Shown here piece by piece: positions 12,699 to 26,539 of a stretch of DNA of 64,000 bases (its first letter is position 1; each line of letters begins with the position of its first letter). Where the stretch lies: the NCBI GenBank assembly GCA_021432655.1, contig MU271266.1, positions 4,288 through 68,287 of the forward strand. Reading direction: 5' to 3'. The translations under genes and the position numbers were made by a program. This DNA is from Atractiella rhizophila. Lineage: Eukaryota. The notes under the pieces were generated by a model. It was not told where the DNA came from. It made no database searches and was given only the letters and a program-made list of their open reading frames with translations.

Positions 12699-13948
12699 AT
12701 GGCAGCTCCTCCAGTTTTGCGTATACCTACGCCTGGCTTCGCAGGATATTCCGTATCGTACAAGTACGTCATTCTTTTTCTTTTATAAATGAGCCTTTCG
12801 AGCCATAACGATAACTATCCAGTCCATTCTTCCCTGGCAAACTCGCCTGCGCGTCCTCATCCAACTTTGGACTGGTAGGCAATGGGCGGCTGCACGTGAT
12901 AGATGTGGACCTTCAGAGCGGGAGGGGAGCAGTTGGAAAAGTGTGGGAATCATTCTGCCAACTCGTACCACGATTGATGATTGATGATCGGTATCCTAGA
13001 CATTCGATACTCAGGATGGCATCTTTGATCTCGCTTGGTCCGAGCTGCACGAGAATCAAATCGCAACGGGAGGCGGGGATGGGAGCGTGAAGCTGTGGGA
13101 TGTGATGCTCAAAGTGAGTCCACCTCTTCCTTCAGTTCTAACAGTAATATTCATCAATGACCGGTGGACAGGATTTCCCGCTCCAATCATGGGTGGAACA
13201 CACTCGCGAGGTATTTTCGATCGATTGGAACAACATTCGAAAGGAAATCTTTGCCTCCTCCTCCTGGGATACTCTCATCAAGATCTGGTCTCCCTCAGCT
13301 CCCACCTCCCTCCAAACCCTTCGTGCACACGAAGGCTGCGTCTACTCTGCCCCCTTCTCACCTCACAACCCTGACGTCCTCGCCTCCTGCTCTGCCGACT
13401 CCACACTAAAAGTCTGGGACCTACGAAGCCCTAATCCAAACCCCGCTCCCCCTCCCAACCCTACTACCAATCCAGCACAACCACAACAGCAACAACAGCT
13501 ATCGAAGCCTTCACTGGCCATCCAAGCGCACACGAATGAGGTCCTCTCCTGCGACTGGAACAAGTATAACCCGAACCTGTTAGCGAGCGGGAGCGTGGAT
13601 CGTCTGTTAAAAGTCCACGATCTGCGCATGGGAAGGGAGACGGCGACGATGATGGGACACGAGTACGCCATCCGTCGGGTGGCATGGAGCCCTCATCGCT
13701 CGAATTCACTCGCCAGCGCCGGGTACGATATGACTGTCAGGCTGTGGGAGGTCGATCCCGCCATCGTCGACGGTGCGACGGGGGCGAGTGTGGGAACTTG
13801 GGCGGGGGGAAGCATGGGTGGTCAACTGAGAGGGGTGCATGGTGCTCATACTGAATTTGTTGTTGGTCTTGCATGGGCTTTGTGGGAAGAGGGATTCATC
13901 GCTTCTGCGGCGTGGGACCAACAGGTTCATCTTTGGAAAGCATTTTGA
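12699..13948 (+). CDS. PEX7: Peroxisomal targeting signal 2 receptor (WD40)
   Basis: TPGFAGYSV, PFFPGKLACASSSNFGLVGNGRLHV, FDTQDGIFDLAWSELHENQI, EHTREVFSIDWN, HTNEVLSCDWNKY and HTEFVVG. Confidence 0.95.
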
Positions 13949-14035
13949 TCGATCTGACGCAACATAAATATATTCAAACTGATTGTAGACCAGATTACTG
14001 TAAGCGAGTAAATGTATACCGAGCTCCCTGAGCCA

Positions 14036-15925
14036 TTACTTTTCTTCCATATCCAAATCTTCCTCCTCCCCTTCCTCTTCTTCCACCTTCGTCTCTCGTG
14101 CCCAATACTCAACTTCATTCCACACCCCTCCATCAGCATCGTCCTCCACTCCGTCTTCCTGCTGCATCGCAATCTTCCTATTCCCGATAATCTGTCTCGT
14201 AAAGCTACTCTCCTTCGCACACGAGGTCTCATCGAAGCTCTTCCCAGGACTAAAGACTCCCGGTTTCCCAGTGAGGAACACCGAAGCCTTTGAAGCGATG
14301 GTCTTATCAATGATGCCCAACAATCCAGGGTCGAGATCCGCGAGGTTGAGTCCGGAACCATCCGGGGAGATAGCACGCATGAGCTCGTCCGGGAAGACGA
14401 GCGTGGTGGATTGTCGAACGAAGGTGGTGAGAGTGAGAGAGGGCAATGAACCTTTGAATCCGCCCAGAAGAGCCTTCATAGCCAGGTGATGAGAGGGAGT
14501 GACGACTTTGTCGAACGTTCCGGAGTGTGCGAAACTTATTGCGCCGTCTTCGAGCGATTCGATGGGGTAGTCCGTCGCTAGATAGACGGTCTTGATCGTT
14601 GGATAGGAGTTGGTTACTAGGTCGGATATCTTGTTTATCAGTGCACTGGCGCAGGGGACGAGGGAATCCGGAGCCAGAGTTTCGGTTCGCCAGTGGACAG
14701 CAATGAAAGGATGAATGTGTTTGATGATCAGGTCGGCGAGTTGAACCCAAGTGTCAGAGTAAGGGAAGTATTCAAACTTCCTCACAGGAGAAAGCGAATC
14801 GTCGTAGGATTTGAAAAAGGCTTGTGAAACCTTAGAATAGTCCAACATCCCGAATCGAAGCTCGTAATTGAACGCCAAAACATCAGGTCGCTCACCATCT
14901 GCGTCTCGAGAAGACTGATAGTTCACCTCCTGCGAACCAAGGGTCGCGACGACGCTTTCTCCGAATGTGTAGCGAGACGCTTCGGTCTTGTGATACCCTT
15001 CAGGAGGGAAGATGCTCAGCGGCGACCAACCCTCGAAATCGAGGCCCGTCTTGCCATTGGAGAGACACAGGTTCCGCGTCGGCTTTCCTGGTACTAGGGT
15101 AGTGTCGCTCGCAGAATCCACCTCGATGGCTCCATCGGGGTAGAGCGCTTTGGTACCAGCGATGGTGATGACTTGAGCGGAAGGAGCGGGAGACCGACGG
15201 AGAGACCAGTCGCGGAAAGCGTCGTATGAGATTGATGGGACTCCCATGTCTTGCAGGGAGGAGATGGAGTAGTAAAAGGCGAAAGGTTTGGAATAACAGG
15301 TTCCCATTCGAGATCGGACGACATTCGGGAGAACGAGGGTCCTGTTCAGCGAAAGAGCGAGGAGTCCAAGTTGATAGAGGTGGTATTGCGCCTTCGTCTC
15401 TTGTTCGCCCAACCAAGCGGGTAGGAGGAAAGAGCAAGGATAGTACCCGCAAGTGTTCGGATCGAGCTCTTCAGCTTGGATCTGGGCAATTTTGGCTGTT
15501 GCCGCAGGCGAAGCCGTGGTGGACACCTTGGACGGTTTGATCGGTTCGGGGATATGGTCAACGAGTGGCGGTCTGTCCTCCTCCTCGCCATCTTCGCCGC
15601 TCTCACCTTGGGACTCCGACTCTGAATGTCCTCCAAGCGCAATATCCAACATTGTGAGTTTCGACAAGATGGGTCTCTCGACTGCGTACGTTCGATCCAT
15701 ATCAATCGTTCCTCGCTCAGGTGCAGAAAAGGAAGGAAGAGAGGGTCGGAAGTAAAAAACGACAGCGATAAAGAATAAGGCAAGGACGAGAAACCGCCGT
15801 TGAGTTTTCGGTGCAACCCGAGACGCCCCGCTTGCACTTCCACCTGCTGGTGGAGGCGGTGGACGGGATGCGGGCATTGATATGCGATAGGACGCAGAAT
15901 TGGTGCGATGGTGAAGTTGGGACAT
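14036..15925 (-). CDS. Type II membrane O-fucosyltransferase-like (GT-B fold) protein, single exon, 629 aa
   Basis: N-terminal TM (FLVLALFFIAVVFYF), then EQETKAQ...LALSLNRTLVLPN, PFIAVHWRTE, VYLATDYP and GIIDKTIA, motifs typical of the O-FucT-like family. Confidence 0.7.
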   Translation of the reverse strand: MSQLHHRTNSASYRISMPASRPPPPPAGGSASGASRVAPKTQRRFLVLALFFIAVVFYFRPSLPSFSAPERGTIDMDRTYAVERPILSKLTMLDIALGGHSESESQGESGEDGEEEDRPPLVDHIPEPIKPSKVSTTASPAATAKIAQIQAEELDPNTCGYYPCSFLLPAWLGEQETKAQYHLYQLGLLALSLNRTLVLPNVVRSRMGTCYSKPFAFYYSISSLQDMGVPSISYDAFRDWSLRRSPAPSAQVITIAGTKALYPDGAIEVDSASDTTLVPGKPTRNLCLSNGKTGLDFEGWSPLSIFPPEGYHKTEASRYTFGESVVATLGSQEVNYQSSRDADGERPDVLAFNYELRFGMLDYSKVSQAFFKSYDDSLSPVRKFEYFPYSDTWVQLADLIIKHIHPFIAVHWRTETLAPDSLVPCASALINKISDLVTNSYPTIKTVYLATDYPIESLEDGAISFAHSGTFDKVVTPSHHLAMKALLGGFKGSLPSLTLTTFVRQSTTLVFPDELMRAISPDGSGLNLADLDPGLLGIIDKTIASKASVFLTGKPGVFSPGKSFDETSCAKESSFTRQIIGNRKIAMQQEDGVEDDADGGVWNEVEYWARETKVEEEEGEEEDLDMEEK

Positions 15926-16190
15926 TCTACCTCAAAGTTAAACAGGTGTCGTGCTGGCAGTAGAGCTCACCTCCCGAAATACTGATATAAACACAAAAGC
16001 TATGTCGATACTACCCCAGAATACTCTGATATGCCCAATACAACTGCTCGAGATGCCCAAAAGAGTTTGTTGGCTTCAGAAGAGAGTGTCCAAGTTGAAG
16101 ATTGGTTGACGATGCTGAGGGGCTAAAGATAATGATGCTTGATGACGGACAATGACGAGTTGACGAACACGTGGGACTAAAACAACCAAG

Positions 16191-17603
16191 ATGCCACCCG
16201 CTTCACCTCGCAAGAAAGCTCAACCATCAACCCCAGGTCGTCCAGCACTCCCAACCGATGCTGCCAACCCAGCGATCCGCCCTCAAGCCCGCCCGAAGAG
16301 GCACGAAGTTAAAGTGCAGGAACTGAAAATCCCGCCTGAACAAGCTGGAGGTCCGGAGACTCGCATTCTCATCGCTCGCGTTAGAATTCCAATGCCAAAG
16401 GGGAAAGACAGTAACGCTCTAGGGTACGCATCCCATCACTTGTTTTTGATGGAATTGGGATCGTGGGCTAACGTGGGGTGCTATTTGTTTTTGGCGCGAT
16501 CCAGACATGTGATCAAGAGATTCGATACCGACTCCCTCTCCGCCTCTTCCCTCTTCAAGGCGGCATTTCCAAACGCCTCAGATGATGAATTCCAATCTGA
16601 AATGGATTGGATCAAGAGCGGAAACTACGGCGATACTGCTCACTCGAACAGAGAGGATGATGCAAACACCTCATCCGGCATTCTTGCTGGTACCTGGTAT
16701 GTCTTTGTTTGTGCTTGTGAACGGGAGCAACACTGATGGCTGTCTCTGTATAGGATTCCAATGCGTTACGCCGAAACTCTAGCTGTGGAGTACGGGACAA
16801 TCGCGAAGTACACCAAAGAGCTGTTCGAGTTCCAGCCTCCTGCAGCTGCGCCACCTACGCCAGCGAGCGATGTACGCTTCTTTGCTACTCGCCATGTAGA
16901 CCATTCACTTAACTAAACCTCCTAGGACAAGCCGACTCCTTCTCCCAGGCGTTCGCTGCGTTCTCCTCCTGCCTCTTCCGCTGGACCTGCGAGCACCAAG
17001 TCCCCTCCCTCTTCCCGAGGATCGACTACCAATCCTGCTACCGCGATCATCAAGTCTCCTCCTGCGAAGAGAGCTCGCGTTGGTTCTCCAGCTCGAGTGA
17101 CCCGCTCTACCTCCCGACCTCCTGTTTCGAACGGCGAAGTCAAGGTCACTCAAACTGTCACGGTAGATAAGGAGCTTGGGACGGAGACTGAGAAGACTGA
17201 CATCGTCATTTCCCTTCCTTCGAAGGAAGACGATGGAGAAGATGAGGAGAGGGCGATGCCTCCCGAAGAAGAGATTGCGGAGCAGTTGGAGAGGGGAAGG
17301 AAGTTGGTGGAAAGCTTGAAAGAGGGAGGGTTGTTGAACAGCGGCAGTGCGACCGTCACAACGAAGGGAAAAAAGAGGGGAATTGACGAAGTTGAAGAAG
17401 AGAAGGAGGGAGGAAGCAATTGGTTAAGCGGGATGTGGAAAAGGAGACGAGATGCGAAGGAACGAGATAGACAAGTCGTCAAAGCCGATACCGACAATGG
17501 TATCCTGGAACCTACAACTCCGGCGAGGAGAAGGACTATCGCTGCTCTGGGTCTCGCCGTTGGAGTTGCAGCTACCGCCGCTGTGCCATACTTTTTCGGT
17601 TAA
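16191..17603 (+). CDS. APSES/KilA-N domain, tail-anchored nuclear-envelope protein (Bqt4-like)
   Basis: VIKRFDTDSLSASSLFKAAFPNA...EMDWIK...AGTW/IP, a Pro/Ser-rich linker and a C-terminal TM (TIAALGLAVGVAATAAVPYFFG). Confidence 0.8.
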
Positions 17604-18006
17604 TCAACCCCCCTCGCCTTCGTCTTTGGTATGATTGGGAGCAATGCAAGAGCAAAATACTATGTCCAGACCTCCCGTTTAATTTATTTTCGTAGTCTCC
17701 TTCGATTGTTGTGCTTTCTCCCTGTCTTTTCCCTACACTTTTTACTCATCAGGAGACTTTGTCACTCGCTCACCTTTTTGATTTGATTTCTTCTGATCCC
17801 TTAGTTGTTTACTTACAGAGGAAGGATGAAATAGTTTCTTGTTACGAGTACGGTGGAATACTGCATGTTATACCTTCAGGTATTCGGGCACGCACCAATA
17901 AAACACCACCCCGTCAATCAGACATTCAAATTCACGCACGGTAGGTGGTGGTCCGACCCAGAGATGCACATCAATATCCGATGCATAAGGACGACATAGG
18001 ATTCTA

Positions 18007-19453
18007 TCATCCATTGAGCATTTGTTGGATCAGAGCATTCAACCGTTTCCTTCTGTTGATCAAGTACCATGCTTCATCCTGAGCTTGGTGGAATGTTGAT
18101 GGATGCACAGGATGCAGATGCATCAAATCCACCCTTTCGTCCTTTATCCAGACCTCGACTCTCCCCCGCGTCTTTTCCTCGAATCGGGTTAGAATGTCTA
18201 AAAGATCTTCCCTCCAGGCCTCACCAATTTCGAGATTCGACGTCACTTCCAATCGTAGAAACCGTGGCCGCATTGTCATTCCCTCTAGAAGTTGCTTCAA
18301 ATACTGAGGGAGGAAGAGAGGAGAGTCGCCGCGACCACCTAAACTAAGTCGATGCAGACTGGAAGGGAGCAAGGAGAGAAGTCCAGGAAGTTCAGCAATG
18401 TCGTGGTCGACAATTGACTGCATGAAAGCTGACACCGGAGGGAGGTAGTTTGTCGTGTACTCATGAACGGGAGGAAGGATCAAGGTGAACTCGGATAGAT
18501 TTTCCAACAGAGAGAGCGAGTGAAACACTTGCGTCCACTCGGCCACTTTCCTCTTATCCGACGTCAGCGTCAATTTACGGAGGGTGCACTTGTGAGCCGT
18601 CGTCGACAATAACCAGACAAGAGCTTCGATCGGCCAATCTTTTGGGTCAATCCGCTTGAAATGAAGTTCCTCTAAGCTGAAGGGAGCCTGACTTGTTGGA
18701 AATAGTGGTTTTCGTTCAGAATCCGTTCCTTGATCCAGAAACAAGTCACCATTGTAGATTTGAAGTATTTTCAGATTCGGGAAGCAGCTGAGCCAGAGAC
18801 TGGTCAAGGAAAAGTCGACAGGGCGCTCGAAAGCCATTATCAGGCTACGGAGAGCATGCGTGCATAGTATCAACTCCTTTCGGAAGCTTTGGAAGATCTC
18901 GGGTGATGCCTCCTTAGGAATGGCTGGTTCTGTTGCCTCATGTTAGCATGCTCACACCGAATGTATGAAAAGAAGACATACCGTACAGCGTTATCATCTG
19001 GAGCTTGAGTGTACACTTTGTCAACAAACAAATCTGTTTTTTCCTGAACTTTGTGGATGGATTCCTCATGATATCCCAAAAATCGAGCGCATGGATTAGT
19101 GGCTGCAATGACGGATTGTGAAGTAAAGTCTTTACAAATTGAACTTCAGCTCCAGATCGCGCTAAAAAAGGATGACTGTAAAGTACAGTTCTTGCGATTG
19201 GAAGTAATGCCTTGCATGTCCGTGCAAGAGACGTAAGAGTGGAGTAGGCAGAAATGTAGGAAGTAGCTTCTTCATCCCACGGTGCACTTCTGATCGCTGT
19301 CCGCATCGAAATTGGAGGAGTGAACAGGTCCAAAATCTCGTGAATCACTTCAATTGGTAGGCAGACAAATAAGCTTTTTTGAACAATAACACGAGTTCGC
19401 TTTTTAAATCGTTTTGTGAAAGGTTTGGGCAAGTGTTTGAGAATGGACGGCAT
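18007..19453 (-). CDS. F-box-like / leucine-rich hypothetical protein, 2 exons
   Basis: LPIEVIHEIL F-box-like start, LTSLARTCKALLPIARTVLYSHP, and LRR-like blocks FPNLKILQI, LEELHF and LRKLTL. Confidence 0.6.
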
Positions 19454-20140
19454 CCTTGTATCAGAGGAACTGCTGGTCGACACTCGACGGAAGAGTTAAT
19501 TCGTTTGCAACGTGTTCCTCCTGACTCCTGACTCAGAGGCGAGGAGGGAGAAAAACACAGACCCAGAGAACAAACTGGAGGCTCAACCTCCTTTCTACGC
19601 TGTACGCCGTGCCTGACTTTTATCTGCTACTTCATAATTTGCGGTTAACTTTATTGCTCCCTTCTGCGTTGTTTTTCGCAATGGAGGAGATTTCCCTAAT
19701 TGGTGCAAGCAGTGGTGGCATCAGCAGATATTCAAGGCGGTCAAAATTGCGATCCATTTACCACACAACATGACCCAAGAGAACTAACTGTAATGGCCAA
19801 AGAGCATGTGAATCCAAAACAGAAGGAAGGAAGAAAGACGAAGAATCCAAAGCTGTAACACCGTTAACGATTTTAAACACAACAGCGAGTTCGAGATAGG
19901 GAAGGAAAGAATTGAAGGTGTAAGAGGGAAACAAGCCTTTCAAAAATCTCCTCAAAGACGATGCCTCCCTCAGGAACGTTAAGGGAACGATCAAAAGGAA
20001 AGATGACCCCCGAAGTTCTCGCACGCGAAAACTTGCATCCTCCTTCTCCCCAACGAAAGCACACTCAAAAGGACCACCTGTGTTTCCTCCTCATCCCTCC
20101 TCCTCAATCCACACCCTCGCCCGTACCGCCTTCACATCCT

Positions 20141-20602
20141 CTACTTCGACGGCGGCGCCAGTTTGCCCTCAGCGATCAATTTCTGCGTGACTTGTTGCAC
20201 GAGTGCCTTCTCAGCTGGCGTCTTGGCCGAGTTCAAACTCGCGGCCTCAACGTCAAGAAGCTCATTGCAATCGTGACTCTTGAAGTCGGCGCCGACGTAA
20301 ATGCACTTTCCCAGATCGGATTGCTTGAGTCCAGCGGCGGGGGTAGCGCGCTTGACGACCTTGGACTTTTTGAGGAATCGCTTGAGGAATGGAAGAGGCA
20401 GATTGGAAGAATCAGTCGAAGCTGTGGAGCGTTTGGCGTGCTTAACATGCTCGACCGGGGCTGCGACGACGGGTTCTGGCGTGCGGACGTGAAGAGGGAG
20501 GCGGCCTTTGTTAATACTTTTGGCGGCGAGGGGAACAGGTGCGGAGAGGGTGAAGGTGAAGAACAGGGTGATGAGGAAGATTAGACGCATAAGAGGAGCC
20601 AT
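20141..20602 (-). CDS. Small secreted protein, 153 aa, with three KR sites
   Basis: Signal-like MRLIFLITLFFTFTLSA-PVP; HAKR, FLKR and VVKR; one Cys pair in the C-terminal part; single exon. Confidence 0.7.
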   Translation of the reverse strand: MAPLMRLIFLITLFFTFTLSAPVPLAAKSINKGRLPLHVRTPEPVVAAPVEHVKHAKRSTASTDSSNLPLPFLKRFLKKSKVVKRATPAAGLKQSDLGKCIYVGADFKSHDCNELLDVEAASLNSAKTPAEKALVQQVTQKLIAEGKLAPPSK

Positions 20603-21744
20603 TGCGATTGTGATGATCCTTGAATAACACGGTAACTTTCGTATGTCGACGCTGTTGATTCGGAGTGGATTACTGCATGAAATGAGATTAGCCTTGAACT
20701 TTATTACTGGAACACAGAGCTTCGACCGATTCTACGTCTGTCTTTGGAAAGAAGAGCAAAGATTGGCAAAGGGAAAACCCGCGCTTGTCACATTGCAAAA
20801 ACTCTCGCCAGGGTGAAGAATCCTTGTCCAAAGAGCGAGTTGCAGAGACATTTGTTGTTTGGCTGATAACGCAACAATGTGCATAGCAGGTACCAAAAGC
20901 TCCGTGAAAGATGGCAACATAAGCTCGACGCCGACCGTTGGTTTCACAAGCGAATACCCGTGGGTGGTGGGAAGACGCCACTGATATGATAAAGTGGACA
21001 AGTTGAATATCCAAGAATGGTAGAATGAAACCTCCAATTTCGCTCGCCAGCTCTGGTCCATGCCAACACAGAATACCGAGAGGAAAAACATACCTTTAAA
21101 ATAACGTCTAGCTTCAAAAACTTCGCTTCTTCCAGGAAGACTCCTCCAAAGTTTCGCTCAGCGTTTAAGAAATCTGTAGAGCAGAAAGAAGTGCTAGCAC
21201 TTCGAAAGAACAAATGAAGGAGTAAAAAGGAAAGTAGCGAGTGCCTTGAGCTCAGAGCTGCTCTAAAATCGATATCAAGAACTCGTCTTTTGTCCCTTGT
21301 AAAGTACTGCGGAACCAATTATGTCGGCATTTGCCCACAAAGGAAGGTGGCTCAATGGGCTCGTTGCAATGTCAACCGACCACGATCAATCGACTTTCCG
21401 AGCGATGTGCCTGACGATATCGCGATTTGGGATGATGCTTCTCGTATCCACGCTTGCATCTGGCATCGACAAGCACGAGTTGCTCCAGTTGTCTTGAATA
21501 GGCAGGCAACAGAAACGTGCATCTGAATGTGAAGGTAAGTCGCAGGTCGTGGACGGCTCTCTTAGCATAAACATACTACTCCTTGCAAGATGTAGTGCAG
21601 TGCGAGCCCTCTTGCTTTTGTTCGCAATGGCACGAAGAAAGAAACGCAGAATGCCAATAAGAGGCACATGAGTGTATACAGACTCTCGAATTCAACAGGT
21701 TGGTAAGGGTCAGAAACAGAACTTAGCTCTTTTGGTGAATAAAT

Positions 21745-21823
21745 GGGGTTGTAGCTCATCGGTAGAGCGTTCGCTTAGCATTTTATCTGCGAAAGGTACT
21801 GGGTTCGATACCCAGCTACTCCA
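21745..21823 (+). tRNA. tRNA-Ala(AGC) with a 7-nt intron (21781-21787)
   Basis: Acceptor GGGGTTG/CTACTCC with the G3:U70 Ala determinant, D arm GCTC/GAGC, anticodon stem TTCGC/GCGAA with TT-AGC-A, T arm CTGGG-TTCGATA-CCCAG. Confidence 0.93.
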
Positions 21824-22134
21824 AACTTGCAGATGGCATGTGGTACATCTTTTTTGTGTGCAGGGCACGGAGGACTCATAACCTCGCACCTACATAGACA
21901 GTTTTTTTTTGCGTCTACCCATGTTACAGGAGCTCATTGAAATCCTTTTTGTAGATCATGCAAATGCAAACACGGTAATCAGTGCTGAAGACATCTGTAA
22001 AAAAAAAAAAGTATCCTTAGGTCACCTGACCGTTTGTCGAACGCCGTCGTGCGTTCGTCCCGTTCACCACCACTTTCGTTTCAGGCTCGAGAGCCTTGTT
22101 AGAGAGCAAAGAGGACAAGTCATAACGACACACA

Positions 22135-22746
22135 ATGTCGATGCCGAACTACAAACAGTGAGCTTTCTGCCCCTCGTCCGCGTTCTGTCCACTGAATCTG
22201 GTCCGGTGCAGGGACATGCCTCCACCTGGAGGTTTTGAGCCTGTCAGATACAAGCGTGCGCTTCACCCAATCCATTTCTGAGCCCTCACCTTATAATACG
22301 ATTGTTTCAGGCTCTCTCCCCATTCGCGGGCCTTCCGGAGCTGTAATTTTCGCCTCTGTGCTTGGGCTTTGCACATTCGGCTTCTACCGAGTTTATCACG
22401 GAAACTTGGAGAAAAAGTGAGTTCTTCAACGTTATGACCAGACAGTCGGTGATGGGAACGGTGCCGCATCTTCTCTAGAGAACTGAATAGGGAGAAAGCT
22501 TGGTCTCGCATTCACTTAATTCCCATGCTTTTGGCAGAGCAAGATAGGGATTTGTACAGGCGAGAGGTGGCCGCATTAGAGCGAGAAAAGGAGATCATGA
22601 AAGACGTGGAGGGATGGGAGGTAAGACTTTCGCCGTTACGTTTCACGCGAACAGCAAAGCTGACTGTTCTTTACTTTCAGCCCGGAAAGTCTGTGTGGAA
22701 TAACGAGGAGCATCGCAAGCCGCCAAAATCCATCGTGATAATGTGA
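22135..22746 (+). CDS. NDUFA13: NADH:ubiquinone oxidoreductase subunit A13 (GRIM-19)
   Basis: Q/DMPPPGGFEPVRYKR, LPIRGPSG, RELNREKAWSRIHLIPMLLAEQDRD and EIMKDVEGWE. Confidence 0.95.
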
Positions 22747-22963
22747 TTGATTTGAATGACTTCGAGCTGCTCCCATCACTCGATTTTTTGCACTATTGGA
22801 AAGGCAGGAAATTTACCAGCGGTCGCATTGTGGCAGCCATGGTACACGTGACCAGCACAAACCACCACAAATCACCACTCTTCTTTTATCATTTCAGCTG
22901 AGTCGTAGATCTATCGTGCTTTTGATCCACGTTCTACTACGCGTTATTGCAAATATCGAGAGC

Positions 22964-22970
22964 TATAAAG
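22964..22970 (+). promoter_or_regulatory. Candidate TATA box of PUT2
   Basis: TATAAAG about 115 nt upstream of the ATG at 23086. Confidence 0.35.
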
Positions 22971-23085
22971 AGCAAACGCTCCTTCTTGCCGCTCTTCTCT
23001 GATACAGGCGAAGAATTTGACGGCATCGCGTGAGAGTGAACTTCTACTCCGTCAAAATCGACGAAGATCAACCGAAACATCCATC

Positions 23086-25517
<2,432 letters not shown>

Positions 25518-26539
25518 ACACGAACACTAAACTTGTATCAATCAAAGTGGAATTGATGTATGTATATTGAGTACTACAATCAGGGCAATCTCTATCCTTC
25601 GCAGCACAATCGGCCGGTGAACTACATAGAATTATTGCTGGGGATAGTTGCAACCAATCTGCGTTGAACGTAGAGTTGAGTAGCGGCTAGAGCCGAGTAG
25701 GCATGTTGGGAGGGCATGGCAGAGGTAATGGCGAACGGCTTTTGGATGTTGAACCCTGTTGCTGAAAAAGTCTGGATCAGGCTGGATCAGGCAAAGACAA
25801 CCATCTTTTGTTAGTCATTCTACTGACACTACATTGGAAACCTTAAATTGATCTAAGCAAGCAATGAGGAGGAAGCAGGAGATGAAGAGGATTGAGCTGT
25901 ACAACCTCCCCATTGTTTCATTGATATTATACATGAAGGAGGACCAATCAGTGGAACTGAATGGTCGACTAGTCAGCCCTAATGAAATTGCAAGAGAAGA
26001 GTTCCCAATACGGCTCGACTATGATGACATCTCGATCCATGGCAGCAGGACTGATTTATGGCAGCAGGACTCATGGTGGCAAACAGGAACTGAAGGCAGA
26101 TTAGTACTAGTGCAAGGGTGAGCTTTCCCCAGTCTCCCCACCGTAGTTTTCTCGCACGTCGATGCTCACATTCACTCTGCTTTACAATGTTTCCAATGTC
26201 AAAACTAATTTCTGTCCGAAATTTTTCAATCCGACTTTATTGAGTGCTACATGTAGAGCCAAGTCTTGCTTGATGGAGGAATGATATCCTTATTGAACGA
26301 TTGCGAGTAACCTTAGGAGGACAAGTTCCATACTCCGCGCTCCTTTGCAGCACAGCAGGCTTCCAATATTTCTGCGAGATCGTTTCCTAATTGTTCTATA
26401 CCAGCACGAAGTTGAATCAACATGTCCATTATCTGTCCCTCTCTCACAGAGCTCACACCCCCAGACCCCGGACAAAAGCGGAGAATAAAAAACGCAGAAA
26501 ACAGGCCCGATCCATAGCAACTTGAAGTAAAGTCGTCAA

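Noticed and set aside
19961..20584. 207-aa plus-strand ORF
   Set aside because: Antisense shadow of the secreted-protein gene; no motifs.
21188..21203. Perfect 16-bp palindrome GAAGTGCTAGCACTTC
   Set aside because: About one is expected by chance in 64 kb; no supporting context.
20688..21700. Several 65-125 aa ORFs between the secreted-protein gene and the tRNA
   Set aside because: No recognisable protein on either strand; no consistent exon chain found.
25560..26130. Short direct repeats (CTGGATCAGG x2, ATGGCAGCAGGACT x2) and an 85-aa ORF as a possible transposon relic
   Set aside because: No transposase/RT motif, terminal repeats or target-site duplication identified.
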